From the NCBI GenBank assembly GCA_951406725.2, contig OX597832.1, positions 60,202,001 through 60,266,000 of the forward strand: DNA of 64,000 nt, written 5' to 3'. Origin of the DNA: Octopus vulgaris (lineage: Eukaryota). Under the pieces are notes generated by a model. That model had not been told where the DNA came from. It saw only the letters and a program-made list of their open reading frames with translations, and did not search any database. The number at the start of each line of letters is the position of its first letter. Within the stretch, counting starts at the first letter, position 1. A program made the position numbers and the translations under genes. Shown here piece by piece: positions 51,868 through 64,000 of this stretch.

Positions 51868-52210
51868 CATCCAAGGCTGGGTCCACGGGTCATACGTCCC
51901 CTGCCCATTTCAGGGTCACAATATATAGGTACACTGCAACATAATTTCTTTTCCTCAACAGGCCCTGCCCTGTTTAACATTGTTCTGAAAAAAGAAAAGG
52001 ATCCCATCACCTTTAAACGGAGTCTGGACAGATTTCTCCAAGGAATACCGGATAAGCCACCCATACATGGATACAACTCACTCAACAAGAACTCACTACT
52101 TGAATGGACCATGATACCACAAAACCTGTCTTAAAAAGTATTTAGATAATCCTATCAAGTGGGGCTATTAAGTTAGACATGGCCTGGACCAATCTTTGGT
52201 CGAAACACAT
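51868..52210 (+). mobile_element. CR1/L2-group LINE 3' end
   Basis: 51868-52134 encodes HPRLGP...NFFSSTGPALFN...FKRSLDRFLQGIPDKPPIHGY...NSLLEW*, then short 3'UTR with stem GACCAATCTTTGGTC. Confidence 0.75.
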
Positions 52211-52339
52211 CTCCGTTTTATCTAAGTTTATATATATATATATATATATATACACTCACACTCACACACGCACACTCATGCACACACACACACACACTTA
52301 CACATACAAACACACACACATAATTATATGTGTGTGTGT

Positions 52340-52793
<454 letters not shown>

Positions 52794-53145
52794 GCGAGTA
52801 TTTACATATATATATATATGTATGTATGTATGTATATACTTCAGACATACATTCAACTACACAAATATATCACATATAGATGTGTGGGAGGTATATGTAT
52901 GTGTGTGTGTTTGTGTTTGTGTTGTGTGTGTGTGTGTGTGTCTGTGTGTGTGTGTGTGCGTGTGTGTATGTGTGTGTGGAGAAAATGGGAGATGGGGAGA
53001 GGGCGAGAGACAAAACATATGGGAGTTGCACAAAATATGTTGAATCATGTCCAGCGTTGACGAATTCACATCTAAATTTAGTTTCGTTCAAGGATGAAAA
53101 CAACGATAGACTCACACAACAGGACGCGCACAAACCTACACACAC

Positions 53146-53218
<73 letters not shown>

Positions 53219-53544
53219 ACATACACACACACACACACACACATACATATGTATATATATTTTATGTATGTGCACAGATGTGCATGCGTGTGTGAGTACA
53301 TATGTATATATGTACGTATGTGTATCTATGTATATAGTAATATACTATATCTTCATATACATATATATATATATATATATTATTCTTTTTAATCTTTTAT
53401 ATGATTCAGCCCAAAAGCTGAACCCATGCTGAGCCACCGCCAGTCGATATACGAGAGACTTCACCACAAATCCTATCCAGGACCGTTGGACGTCGATGTT
53501 TCTCCAATTTTGTGGCTTATCAACATCACGTACTTGAACCGAAT

Positions 53545-53621
<77 letters not shown>

Positions 53622-53881
53622 GTGTATGTGTCTGTGTATATAAAAAGAGAGAGATAAAATTATACATACATACATACATACATACACACATACATACATA
53701 CATACATACACACATACACACACACACATACATACATACATACATACATACATACACACACACATACATACATACATACATACACACACACACATACATA
53801 CATACATACATACATAATGGCTGCTAACTCGTGTTCGAGATGGAAAGCCCGCACACGCGAAGACTACGACCAACCACATAT

Positions 53882-53962
<81 letters not shown>

Positions 53963-54107
53963 CACATATATACGCGCATATATGCATTCATATATATAAG
54001 GTTGTATATTTACTTTCGTGATGTCTGTATATTCAAATATATACATATGCGTATGTGGGTGTGTGTGTATATATACATATCTTTAACACAACACATCCAT
54101 ATATATG

Positions 54108-54364
54108 TATAAAATTTAGGGAAAAACCTCTATTAAACAATTCAATAGTGAAAGACGTTATTCATACCATATAGAAAAAGTTAGATATACTATAGAAAAC
54201 ATTAATTTAAAAATCAATAGAGTACATAAACAATAAATAGTAAACAGACTACGCGCGTTTCGTAGCTATATTTTCAAATAGATAATCATAATAAAATCAA
54301 TTCGATTAAAACAAAATCTTTCACTATTGAATTGTTTAATAGAGGATTATCTCTAAATTTTATA
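54108..54364. mobile_element. Element with ~48-bp terminal inverted repeats in (TA)-rich flanks; internal hammerhead 3' half
   Basis: TATAAAATTTAGGGAAAAACCTCTATTAAACAATTCAATAGTGAAAGA vs TCTTTCACTATTGAATTGTTTAATAGAGGATTATCTCTAAATTTTATA; RC CGAAACGCGCGTAGTC at ~54247-54262. Confidence 0.7.
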
Positions 54365-54404
54365 CATATATAGCTGGCATATATATACATGTATATAACA
54401 GACA

Positions 54405-54690
54405 TTTCGTCGGTTACGACGACGAAAATTCCAATTGGCTCGTAAATTCGTACATTAACGTGCAAGTGGCCGAGCACTCCGCAGACATGCGTACTCTTAA
54501 CGTAACGTAGTTCAGCATGTAACAGAATGTGACAAGGCTACACAGGATGTGACAAGGTACAACTCATTTCTGCTGGCTCAAACTGGAACAGCTTGATATA
54601 AACTGTCTAGCACAAGTAGACAACGCGCCACCAGGAATCGAACTCCGAAGCTCACGATCATGAGCCGAATACCCTAACCACTGAGCCACG
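54405..54690 (-). mobile_element. SINE family C, diverged
   Basis: Homologous to 11157-11470. Confidence 0.8.
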
Positions 54691-55206
54691 CAACTTTATA
54701 CATGTGTGTGTACGTGCGTGTAGACACATACATATCAGCATATATGCATATTTGTATGAATGTATTTATGTGTGTGTATGTTAGTGTGTACGTGTGTGTG
54801 CGTGTGTGTAGTACATATACTTAAAATACACACATTAGTACCACTCAGTAAAAATACCACCACCACCAACAGCAACAACAACAACAACAATTGGCCAGCA
54901 CGCCATAACCAAGCAAAAGGATATCATCCTAACAGTACCTCCTCCTCTTGCTCCTCCTCTCTCTTTCGTTCTTATCCTCCCACCTAACAGTCTGCCTCTG
55001 GCCAAAAGTTGAATTACTTATATAACTCCTACCACCACCACCAAGTCATCAATATACTTCTCACTCTTCTCTCTCTCTCTCTTTCTCTCTCTTTCCGTCA
55101 CACCCTTCTTTGTATAAATACACACTCAAATACACACACATGCATATAATAATTACATTCATGTGTACATGAATATATAAAATTATACGTACTTGATATA
55201 CATACA

Positions 55207-55342
<136 letters not shown>

Positions 55343-56026
55343 TACATATATAGATGCATACACGCACATACACACACACACACGCACACACACACACACA
55401 CAAACAGCTATGTATATGTAAAGTATACAAGTGCATACATTATAGGTGGGGTAGATATACATGTATCTACAATTGCCCGAAAACTGATGCTGCTTTCCTG
55501 TCCACTTTATGTAAACATGATAGCAAAATGCCTCAGTAAATCTATTTTCTGGACACAAAGACACAAGTTGGGACTTAATTAATTTACCTAATTTATTTAT
55601 TTATTTATAGATTTATCTATTTTTCTATTTATTTATTTATTTATTTAGTTATTTTTTATTTATAGATTGTTGTGTTGTCTTTCCTGCTGCGCCCCCCTGT
55701 GCCATCTACCTCCACCTATGTGCCTGCCCCTACTCCGCTACAACTTACAATTCTACCTCTGTACCTCCTTTGTCTCTTTGTCTCGCAATCACAAGATCGA
55801 TTCTCGGGTACTACACTGGCTTTTGTTCGCTGCACACATGAGTCTGTTGTGCCCATGTCACGATATAAACACGAACGTAAAGTCACACAAAGGCGCACGC
55901 GCGCACACACACACACGCACGCACGTACACACACACACATACACACGCAAAAGCATGTACAATTCACATGCACACACACTCACAAGCACCCAGACAAACA
56001 CAGCGGCACACTCACAAAGCTCAGAG

Positions 56027-56061
<35 letters not shown>

Positions 56062-56199
56062 AACATGTACAAAGGCATACACACACATGAACACACGAAG
56101 AGTCACACAAACGCACTTGCACACATACACACAAATGCACACACATATACACGTGTCTATACTCTCGCTCACACATACATAATACTTTTTATTGTTTTA

Positions 56200-56400
56200 T
56201 TCTCTTACTTCATTCAGTCATTTGACAGTGGCCATGCTGGAGCACCGCCTTTAGTCGAACAACTCGACACCAGGACTAATACTTTGTAATCCTAGTATTT
56301 ATTCTATCGGTCGCTCTTGCCGAACCGCTAGGTTACGGAGACGTAAACACACCAACATTGTTTGTCGAGCGATTGTGGGGTACAAACACATACAAACACA
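56200..56400 (-). mobile_element. SINE family B 3' half
   Basis: TTCAGTCATTTGACAGTGGCCATGCTGGAGCACCGCC...GCCGAACCGCTA. Confidence 0.8.
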
Positions 56401-56644
56401 CAAATACATACATATATATGTAACTTACATAACTTAGATTGGTTTCGGCCATTATCAGCCAAGGCCATGAGTAACACAATAGCACTATTTAGTGAAATTT
56501 AAGTTTATATTAGCCTCCGGTAATTTAATATCATAAATTGCTGTGGTGATATATTAATGAGTATGTAGTATTATTAACTTACGAATGGGGAAATAATGTA
56601 TTTTACTCATAAAAATATTAGTTAAATTAATTTCAATCGTACGT

Positions 56645-56760
56645 TATTTACATTATTTATATTTGACGGGTATTTGTCTTCATCTTGTTTGTTGCTAACA
56701 CAACGTTTAGGCTGATATACCCTCCAGCCTTCATCAGGTATCTTGGGGAAATTTCGAACG
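56645..56760 (-). mobile_element. Penelope-like terminal fragment with minimal hammerhead (G12 mutated)
   Basis: RC GATAC-CTGATGA-A-GGCTG-GAGGGTATAT-CAGCC-TAAAC-GTT-GTGTT. Confidence 0.65.
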
Positions 56761-56869
56761 ACAAAATGAAACAATTGATTATTTTGTCTCCATTTGCAGT
56801 CTTCTTGCGCCTACACAGTATCTCAACAGACATGATAAAGCAGCACAATATATTCACTAGGTGATTTTA

Positions 56870-57097
56870 CAAAAATAGTCCCAGTTGTTATAGGTGCCTT
56901 GGGTACCGCCAATAACAGAATTAACAGCTCCTTTATTGATATTACTGTAACTACGAGAGATGCACTGATTCAGAAATCTGCTTTATTGGAGATAGCAAGG
57001 ATTGTAAGAAAGGTCCTCGATATCTAAGGAAACTGGTTGTGATCCGATATCAAGGACATTGAATCCGGATGTAAAACTTTCGTGCACCCCATGAATA
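56870..57097 (+). mobile_element. 3' end of R4/Dong-like element followed by (TAA)n
   Basis: KIVPVVIGALGT...IQKSALLEIARIVRKVLDI*. Confidence 0.7.
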
Positions 57098-57124
57098 GTA
57101 ATAATAATAATAATGATAATGTTT

Positions 57125-57330
57125 TCGAATTTTGGCACAAGGCCAGCTATTATATGGGAGGTGTTAATGGATCACATAGACCCCACTCTTCAACTGGTTC
57201 TTATTTTATCGACTCCGGGAAGATGAAAGGCAAAGTCGACCTCGGCGGAATTTGAACTCAAAAATCGTAGGCGGATGAAATACCCCAAGCATTTTGCTAG
57301 ACGCGCATACGATTCTGCCAGCTCGCCCCC
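57125..57330 (-). mobile_element. SINE family A
   Basis: Head, B box, Meta-like domain in reverse complement. Confidence 0.8.
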
Positions 57331-57508
57331 TTTCGACGAGCCTAATCATATAAAATATTGTATTATATCATATATCATGTGTCCTATATCTATGACGTAT
57401 CATATCATATCTCATGCGTAATTATATTTCACGTTGTATATTATATCTCACATGCAATATCAGAAAAGCATCATGACTTAGTGCATTTCATGATATATTT
57501 ATCGTTCT

Positions 57509-57549
<41 letters not shown>

Positions 57550-57705
57550 TATATAATGCCTTGCCATGTGATATCACATAACGTATCAGAAAGTTGTTTA
57601 ATTATGGAAGAAGGAGAAAAAGTTACTAAATGCGAATGGAATATATTCCTGATAAATGTATTATATACATACACACACACACACCCATATATATATATAT
57701 ACACA

Positions 57706-57771
<66 letters not shown>

Positions 57772-58056
57772 CTAGATAGTAAGATAGATTTACAGATAGC
57801 TACTTTATGTGTGTTATATGTGTGTAAATATGTATGCATGCATGCGTGTATATATGCTAGTATGTATGTATATGTGTATGTATATTATTTATTTATGTAA
57901 TGGATTTGACAGACTTAGATTCCATTTAGATATCTCAACTTCGACATTTCCAAGAGATTTCTGTCTCCAGGAGATTATAACTTTTCTTCTTGGCATTATA
58001 ACTAAATGTATTCAAATGCGCACGTCTGTGTATCCATCTATCTATATATCTGTCTG

Positions 58057-58143
<87 letters not shown>

Positions 58144-58237
58144 GTCTGTCTGTCTGTCTGTCTGTCTATCCTATTTGTCAATCTATCTATCTAGCCTTCC
58201 AGCTATTTCTCCATCCATATTTATCTAACTGTCCATC

Positions 58238-58268
<31 letters not shown>

Positions 58269-58276
58269 ATACATAC

Positions 58277-58336
<60 letters not shown>

Positions 58337-58607
58337 TTCCATTTATCTGTCTATCTACCCCCTCTTTACTTGTCTATATCTCTATCCATTTCGTGTCAAT
58401 GTGTCTATCAACTTTATTTATCTCAGTCAGTCTTTTTATCTACCCGTTTATATATGTCTGCCTACCTATCTATTCATCTATCTTCTATCTGTCAATCTGC
58501 CAGTCTATTTGCCTATATATCTATTTTCATCTCTATCCTGCTATTTATCTCTATCCATCCATCCATCCATCTACCTACCTACCTACCTACCTACCTATCT
58601 ATCTATC

Positions 58608-59027
58608 TGAATGACGAAGCCACCTTGAGCATGATCCTATGAACCCAGAAATTGAAAACAGAGAGTTGCTTATTTGCAAAAAAAAAAAAAAAGAAATATA
58701 ACATGTGACTCCATTGACCGAGGTTACCGTGGTCTTTTCCGTAGGCTTTTCTTTCCACGGGTAAACCTCACCTGTCCTCCCCTTTACACTTCATATTGAC
58801 ATTTCTGTGATAACGATCCCTATTGACCAATTTTTTTTTCTTTCCTCTCCCCCTTTTTTTAACCCCCCTTTTTTTAACCCCCTTTTTTTGTCCTCTTTCT
58901 CTCCTTTTACGATCCCTTTTGATCGAAACTCCCCTTCCTTTTTTTTTTTTTTAAACCTTCAAAAGAAAAGCTCTACCTTGTAATTTGTTCTATCTGTGTG
59001 CAGCCCTGAGTGGCTAATAAAGAAACA
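58608..59027 (+). mobile_element. Tx1-like element 3' end (copy 2) inserted in (TATC)n
   Basis: Encodes NDEATLSMIL*; 3'UTR nearly identical to 1298-1603 RC; ends AATAAAGAAACA|TATCTATC. Confidence 0.9.
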
Positions 59028-59120
<93 letters not shown>

Positions 59121-59237
59121 GTCTGTCTGTCTATCTGTAATATATCTATCTATCTAACTATCTACCTGTCTATCTATCTATCTATCTATTTATCCATCTA
59201 TCTATCCGTCTATCTACCTATCTATTTGTAATCTATC

Positions 59238-59362
59238 TTTTTTTTCCCACGATCCGTTTTGATCGAAATGCTACCCACCTCTTTTTTTCCTCCCAAAAAG
59301 AAACGCTCTGCTTTGTATTTTGTTCCCTCTGTGTTCAGCCCCGTGTGGCCAATAAAGAAACA
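59238..59362 (+). mobile_element. Tx1-like element 3'UTR fragment (copy 3, diverged) inserted in (TATC)n
   Basis: ...CTGTGTTCAGCCCCGTGTGGCCAATAAAGAAACA|TATCTATC. Confidence 0.85.
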
Positions 59363-59426
<64 letters not shown>

Positions 59427-59447
59427 CATCTATCTATCTATCTATCC

Positions 59448-59483
<36 letters not shown>

Positions 59484-60131
59484 GTCTGTCTGTCTGTCAG
59501 TCTGTCTGTCTGCATGTATGTATGTCTATCTATCTATCTACCTATCCATCTATCTGTCTATCTACCCATCTATCCATCCATCCATCCATCTATCTATCTA
59601 TCTGCCTGCCTGTCTATCTATCCATCTATCTGTCTAACTATCCATCTATCTGTCTATATATCTATCTATCCGTCTATTTATCTATATCTATCTATCTATC
59701 CATTTGTTTATTTGTTTCTCAGCTAATTTCCATACGTGTGGTTGCCAAAATAATGTGCAGCCCTTTTCCTCTTTTTTTCCTTCTTTCCTGAATGTATTAT
59801 TAAAAATCTATTAGTGTTCCTGTTAACCAATACAATGTTTTAAGCCATTGATATTCACAAACAGTGTATTTGGCGAGTGTAAAAGGTTACTTAAAGAAGA
59901 CGGAGACTAAACAAAGCTTTGTATTGCGCTCGCAGCCATCTTCTTGGTGTTAATGAGTTAAAGTAAGGTTAATGCTAATTGTGTTAGTGTGTGAATAGTT
60001 GAACAACTAAATGAAGCAACGACTGGAAAATATAGTGTAACAGATTTTTATTGGTGATGCAAATTTGTCGGTGTGTGTATGTGTGTGTGCGAGCGTGCCT
60101 GAGCGTATGTATATGCATGTATAAATACAAG

Positions 60132-60215
<84 letters not shown>

Positions 60216-60344
60216 TACACACACACATAAATATATATAATCTGTATTTTGAGATATACATAGATATGACAGAAGTAAATAGACACCGTTATAATCATTA
60301 AAATTTATTTAAATCTTTAATTATACATTCATATTATTTATTAA

Positions 60345-61150
60345 TTGCTACAATGTGAATATTTGATATTTAGTGAACATGCCCTTTGCATTTTTCAATG
60401 TAAGGGCCCTATTAGGCATGTTACTGATCAGATGATGAATATTCTCTTGCGGAATTTCTTGCCAAGTTTCATGCATCTCAAAAGATCTGGTTTTGAAGAT
60501 GCTTTCTTGTTCTTTTTATGTTCCAGAGGTGTTCAATGAGGTTCATATTTGGTGACTAGCTTGGCCATGGAAGCTTTTTAATGCCATCCTCATCCAACAA
60601 ATCTTGAGTCATTTAACCCGTTTGACAAGGTGCCCAATCTTCCATAAATAAAGAGTCCTCTTTAATCCATTTCACCACTGGAGAAGATTGGAGGGAGTCC
60701 ATTCTGCAATATGGACACATATTTATCTGAGTTTATGTTTCCTTCACACTCCACCAGCTCTGACCAACCATTGCTCCAAATTGCTCCCCAGACCATCACA
60801 GAAAAGCTGCCGTGTTTCGTTGTTGGCTGCAATCTTTTCACATCAAATTTTTGATCACTGAGTCTCCAGACCCACACGCGGCCGCTGTCAGAAAATACTG
60901 CAAATCTGGACTCATCAGAGAATATGACAGTGTCCCAAAATGCTAGTGGCCTCTCCACCATCTCACTGGCCCAATCTTTCCTGCCTGGTCGAAGAAGTGG
61001 TTTCCTTCTTGCTGCTCAGTGTCCCAAAATGCTAGTGGCCTCTCCACCATCTCACTAGCCCAATCTTTTCTGCCTGGTCGAAGAAGTGGTTTCCTTCTTG
61101 CTGCTCTGCCATAGTAACCGAGTTTGTGGAGATACTGGCTCATTGTATTC
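60345..61150 (-). pseudogene. Tc1-family DDE transposase pseudogene
   Basis: [47 protein letters not shown], and degenerate WPS*SPNMNLIEHLW; stops, frameshifts and an 89-bp internal duplication. Confidence 0.88.
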
Positions 61151-61761
61151 AAACAGTGCAACATAGAAGGAACTGGAATGTCTTGTCATAGGAAGGACAG
61201 TGCCTAATGATGATCATCTATAGGTTAACTCCCATGGAAAAGACGTCAAAGATAGTCTCCATATATGACCATCTCAATTTTGGGAGATAACTCTGACTGC
61301 ATAATATATCTACTCTGTCCCTCCTTATTTCAGAAGGATGGATATGATTTCAGGGAAATTCGGCTGCTAATTATAGAATATCAAAAGACCACATAAAGAT
61401 TATTTCGCAAAAGAGAGTAAACAAATGTAAGTTTAATTAACGGATTGACGCCAGAGTTCTTGTTGTTGTTGCTGCTGATGTTGTTGCTGCTGCTCCTGTT
61501 GTTGATGTTGTTGTTGTTGTTGTTGTTGTAGTCGTCGTCGCCGTCTAAGTTGCTTCAGTCGGGCATTTTTCAAAGTGTTTACATTCTGGATTCAAAACTA
61601 ATGGTGCACATTTTCTTGGATGTAACCCTCTCTTCTGAGGCTCAAGGAGGTTCCTGTGTCTGCCTACGACTTCTTGGGTACCTAAAAAGATACTAAAGAA
61701 AAAACATATTACATAGTGACATCAGGCCATATGAAATTGAGAAATATTATACATACATAGT

Positions 61762-62150
61762 CTTTTACTTGTTTCAGTCATTTGACTATGGCTATGCTGG
61801 AGCACCGCCTTTAGTCGAGCAAATCGACCCCAGGACTTTGTAAACCTAGTACTTATTCTATCGGTCCCTTTTCCCGAACCGCTAAATTACGGGGACGTAA
61901 ACACACCAGCATCGGTTGTCAAGCGATGTTGGGGTGACAAACACAGACACACAAACATATACACATACATATGTATATACATATATATGACAGGGTTCTT
62001 TCAGTCTCCGTCTACCAAATCCACTCACAAGGCTTTGGTCGGCCCGACGCTATAGAAGAAGACACTTGCCCAAGGTGCCACGCAGTGGGACTGAACCCGG
62101 AACCATGTGGTTGGTAAGCAAGCTACTTACCACACGGCCACTTCAACGCC
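61762..62150 (-). mobile_element. SINE family B, full length
   Basis: RC head, GGGTTCAGTCCC, GGCACCTTGGGCAAGTGTCTT, internal (TA/TG), tail. Confidence 0.88.
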
Positions 62151-62191
62151 TATACATACATAAATACATACATGCATACATACATATATTT

Positions 62192-62235
<44 letters not shown>

Positions 62236-62248
62236 GAATATATATATA

Positions 62249-62635
62249 TCTCTCTATATATAAACGGCAGTTTGTCTGTGCGTGTTTCTGTGTGTCTGTT
62301 TTCTCGTACCCTCACCCTGACCACGGCTTTCAACCGATTCTGATGAAACTTGACACACGCATAGCCCAATGTCATAATTCAAAACTAACGCAGCGAAAAT
62401 TTTGAAAAGTTCCCCCAGTTCTGAAAAAAATCGATAAATTCGACATGGGGTTGAGAATAAAAAAAAACAAACCACAGACTGTCTAGGGGACGCAACTCAA
62501 CCTTTTTTTACTCTCATAAACAAATTTACCATCATTTTTTTTCCATTTTTTTGCTATTTTTTGGCTATAACTCTCTAAAGATGCTTTATAGTTATTTCCC
62601 TTACAAACCTGAGCAACGCCGGGCGATACTGCTAG
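62249..62635 (+). mobile_element. Non-autonomous Helitron inserted in (TA)n
   Basis: A|TC 5' end (TCTCTCTATATATAAA), subterminal GC hairpin CCTGAGCAACGCCGGG (62608-23), CTAG|T 3' end. Confidence 0.8.
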
Positions 62636-62641
62636 TATATA

Positions 62642-62701
<60 letters not shown>

Positions 62702-62732
62702 CATATATATATACGCACACATATATATATAT

Positions 62733-62779
<47 letters not shown>

Positions 62780-62804
62780 CATGGATATAGATATAGCTAT
62801 ATAT

Positions 62805-62995
62805 ATAGTTCAAATTTATGGAAAAACAGAAGACGAAGACAGGTGTATAGACAACAAGCAAATGTATTGGTTTGACGCTCACAAATAATGGAAAAGTCTT
62901 TTATGTTTCGAGTCTACGCTCTTTGACAGAAAAGAATAAGAGGAAATAGAGAGAGAATGAAAAAAGACGTGTAGGGTTCAGCGGTCCATCATGAC
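62805..62995 (-). mobile_element. CUGUNGA-family element, degenerate
   Basis: RC CTTTT-CTGTCAA-A-GAGCGTAGACTC-GAAAC-ATA-AAAG. Confidence 0.65.
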
Positions 62996-63385
62996 ACACA
63001 TACATATATACAAACATGGTCACACACAACACACACACACACAACACACACACACACACACAACACACACACACACAACACACACACACACACAACACAC
63101 ACACACAGACACACACACATATACATATGTACGGGTATATACGAGTATATACGGGGGTATAGAGGCATTAACATTGGTTGTGAAGTCATTAGAGGATCAA
63201 CACAAGCACAGGGACATATACGCATACACAAACGGGCGTATGTATACATACATAAACACACACTCAGGCACGCGCGCACACAACACATACACACACATAT
63301 ATATATAAACATACATACATTCATTTGTGTGTGAGAGAGAGAGTGAGTGTGTGTGTGTGTTTGCGTGTGTGTCTGTGTGTGTATG

Positions 63386-63509
<124 letters not shown>

Positions 63510-63529
63510 GTGATTCCTTGTTGCTGTGT

Positions 63530-63675
63530 ACGGAGCTCAAGTTCCGTCGAGGTCGACTTTGCCTATAATTCTTTTGGGGTCAAAAAATTAAGAACTACTC
63601 AAGACCTGGGGTCGATGTAACCGACGTTTCCTCGCACAAACTTCCAGGCGTTGTGCCTATGATAGACAGGATTAT
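63530..63675 (+). mobile_element. SINE family A 3' part, diverged
   Basis: GAGCTCAAGTTCCGTCGAGGTCGACTTTGCC...GGGGTCGATGTAA. Confidence 0.65.
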
Positions 63676-63915
63676 CATTATCCCTATTACTATTCCACTC
63701 GGAAAGGAAAGTAGGGTTGGAGAGAAAAGGCCCCTTCCCCCAGCGAATTTATAAAAATATGGTGGGTGACTGAACATGTATGGTTAAGGAGAATAGACTT
63801 ACTCTAAGCATGCGCCGAAGCTTGTGCGCTTGTTAGTCGGGATAATCCTACACCTATGGGGTTCTTTGGCCGTAGTTGGAGATTTGCCTTCATCAGGTGA
63901 ACAGCATCATCCATC

Positions 63916-64000
63916 TCTTTTACTCTTTTACTCTTTTACTTGTTTCAGTCATTTGACTGCGGCCATGCTGGAGCACCGCCTTTAGTCGAGCAAATCGACC
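63916..64000 (-). mobile_element. SINE family B tail (runs off window)
   Basis: (CTTTTACT)n-TGTTTCAGTCATTTGACTGCGGCCATGCTGGAGCACCGCC. Confidence 0.85.

Noticed and set aside
56435-56475. Hammerhead-like CTGATAA-TGGCC-GAAACC on the - strand
   Set aside because: Core G8 mutated, stem II too short, no stem I or III pairing
63850-63903. Hammerhead-like CAC-CTGATGA-A-GGC...GCC on the - strand
   Set aside because: GAAA box and cleavage triplet not intact; at most a decayed remnant

Overview
Eukaryotic, AT-rich, repeat-saturated genomic DNA, most likely an intron or intergenic region of an octopod cephalopod (inferred from the SINE families and microsatellite load). No host protein-coding gene can be supported, and almost all ORFs in the track are microsatellite translations. 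The window holds dozens of tRNA-derived SINE copies (at least three families) and 5'-truncated non-LTR retrotransposons (Tx1-like, R4/Dong-like RLE, CR1-like, RTE-like). It also has a Tc1 transposase pseudogene, a non-autonomous Helitron, a fold-back MITE and an 18-bp minisatellite. Three things stand out. (1) A population of short, non-coding, Penelope-like (retrozyme-like) elements inserted in (TA)n carries hammerhead ribozyme motifs. These include fully foldable type I hammerheads at 3.65 kb and 28.1 kb, a palindromic element with hammerhead motifs on both strands at 34.2-34.5 kb, and a family with a consistent CUGUNGA core variant. (2) A Tx1-like LINE occurs in three copies, all inserted in (TATC)n with an identical 3' junction. 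(3) A SINE variant carries that Tx1 3' tail and repeatedly joins its own family's tRNA head at the same nucleotide, building tandem arrays. Different mobile element families appear to partition the microsatellite classes. All folds and alignments were done by eye, and element boundaries are approximate.
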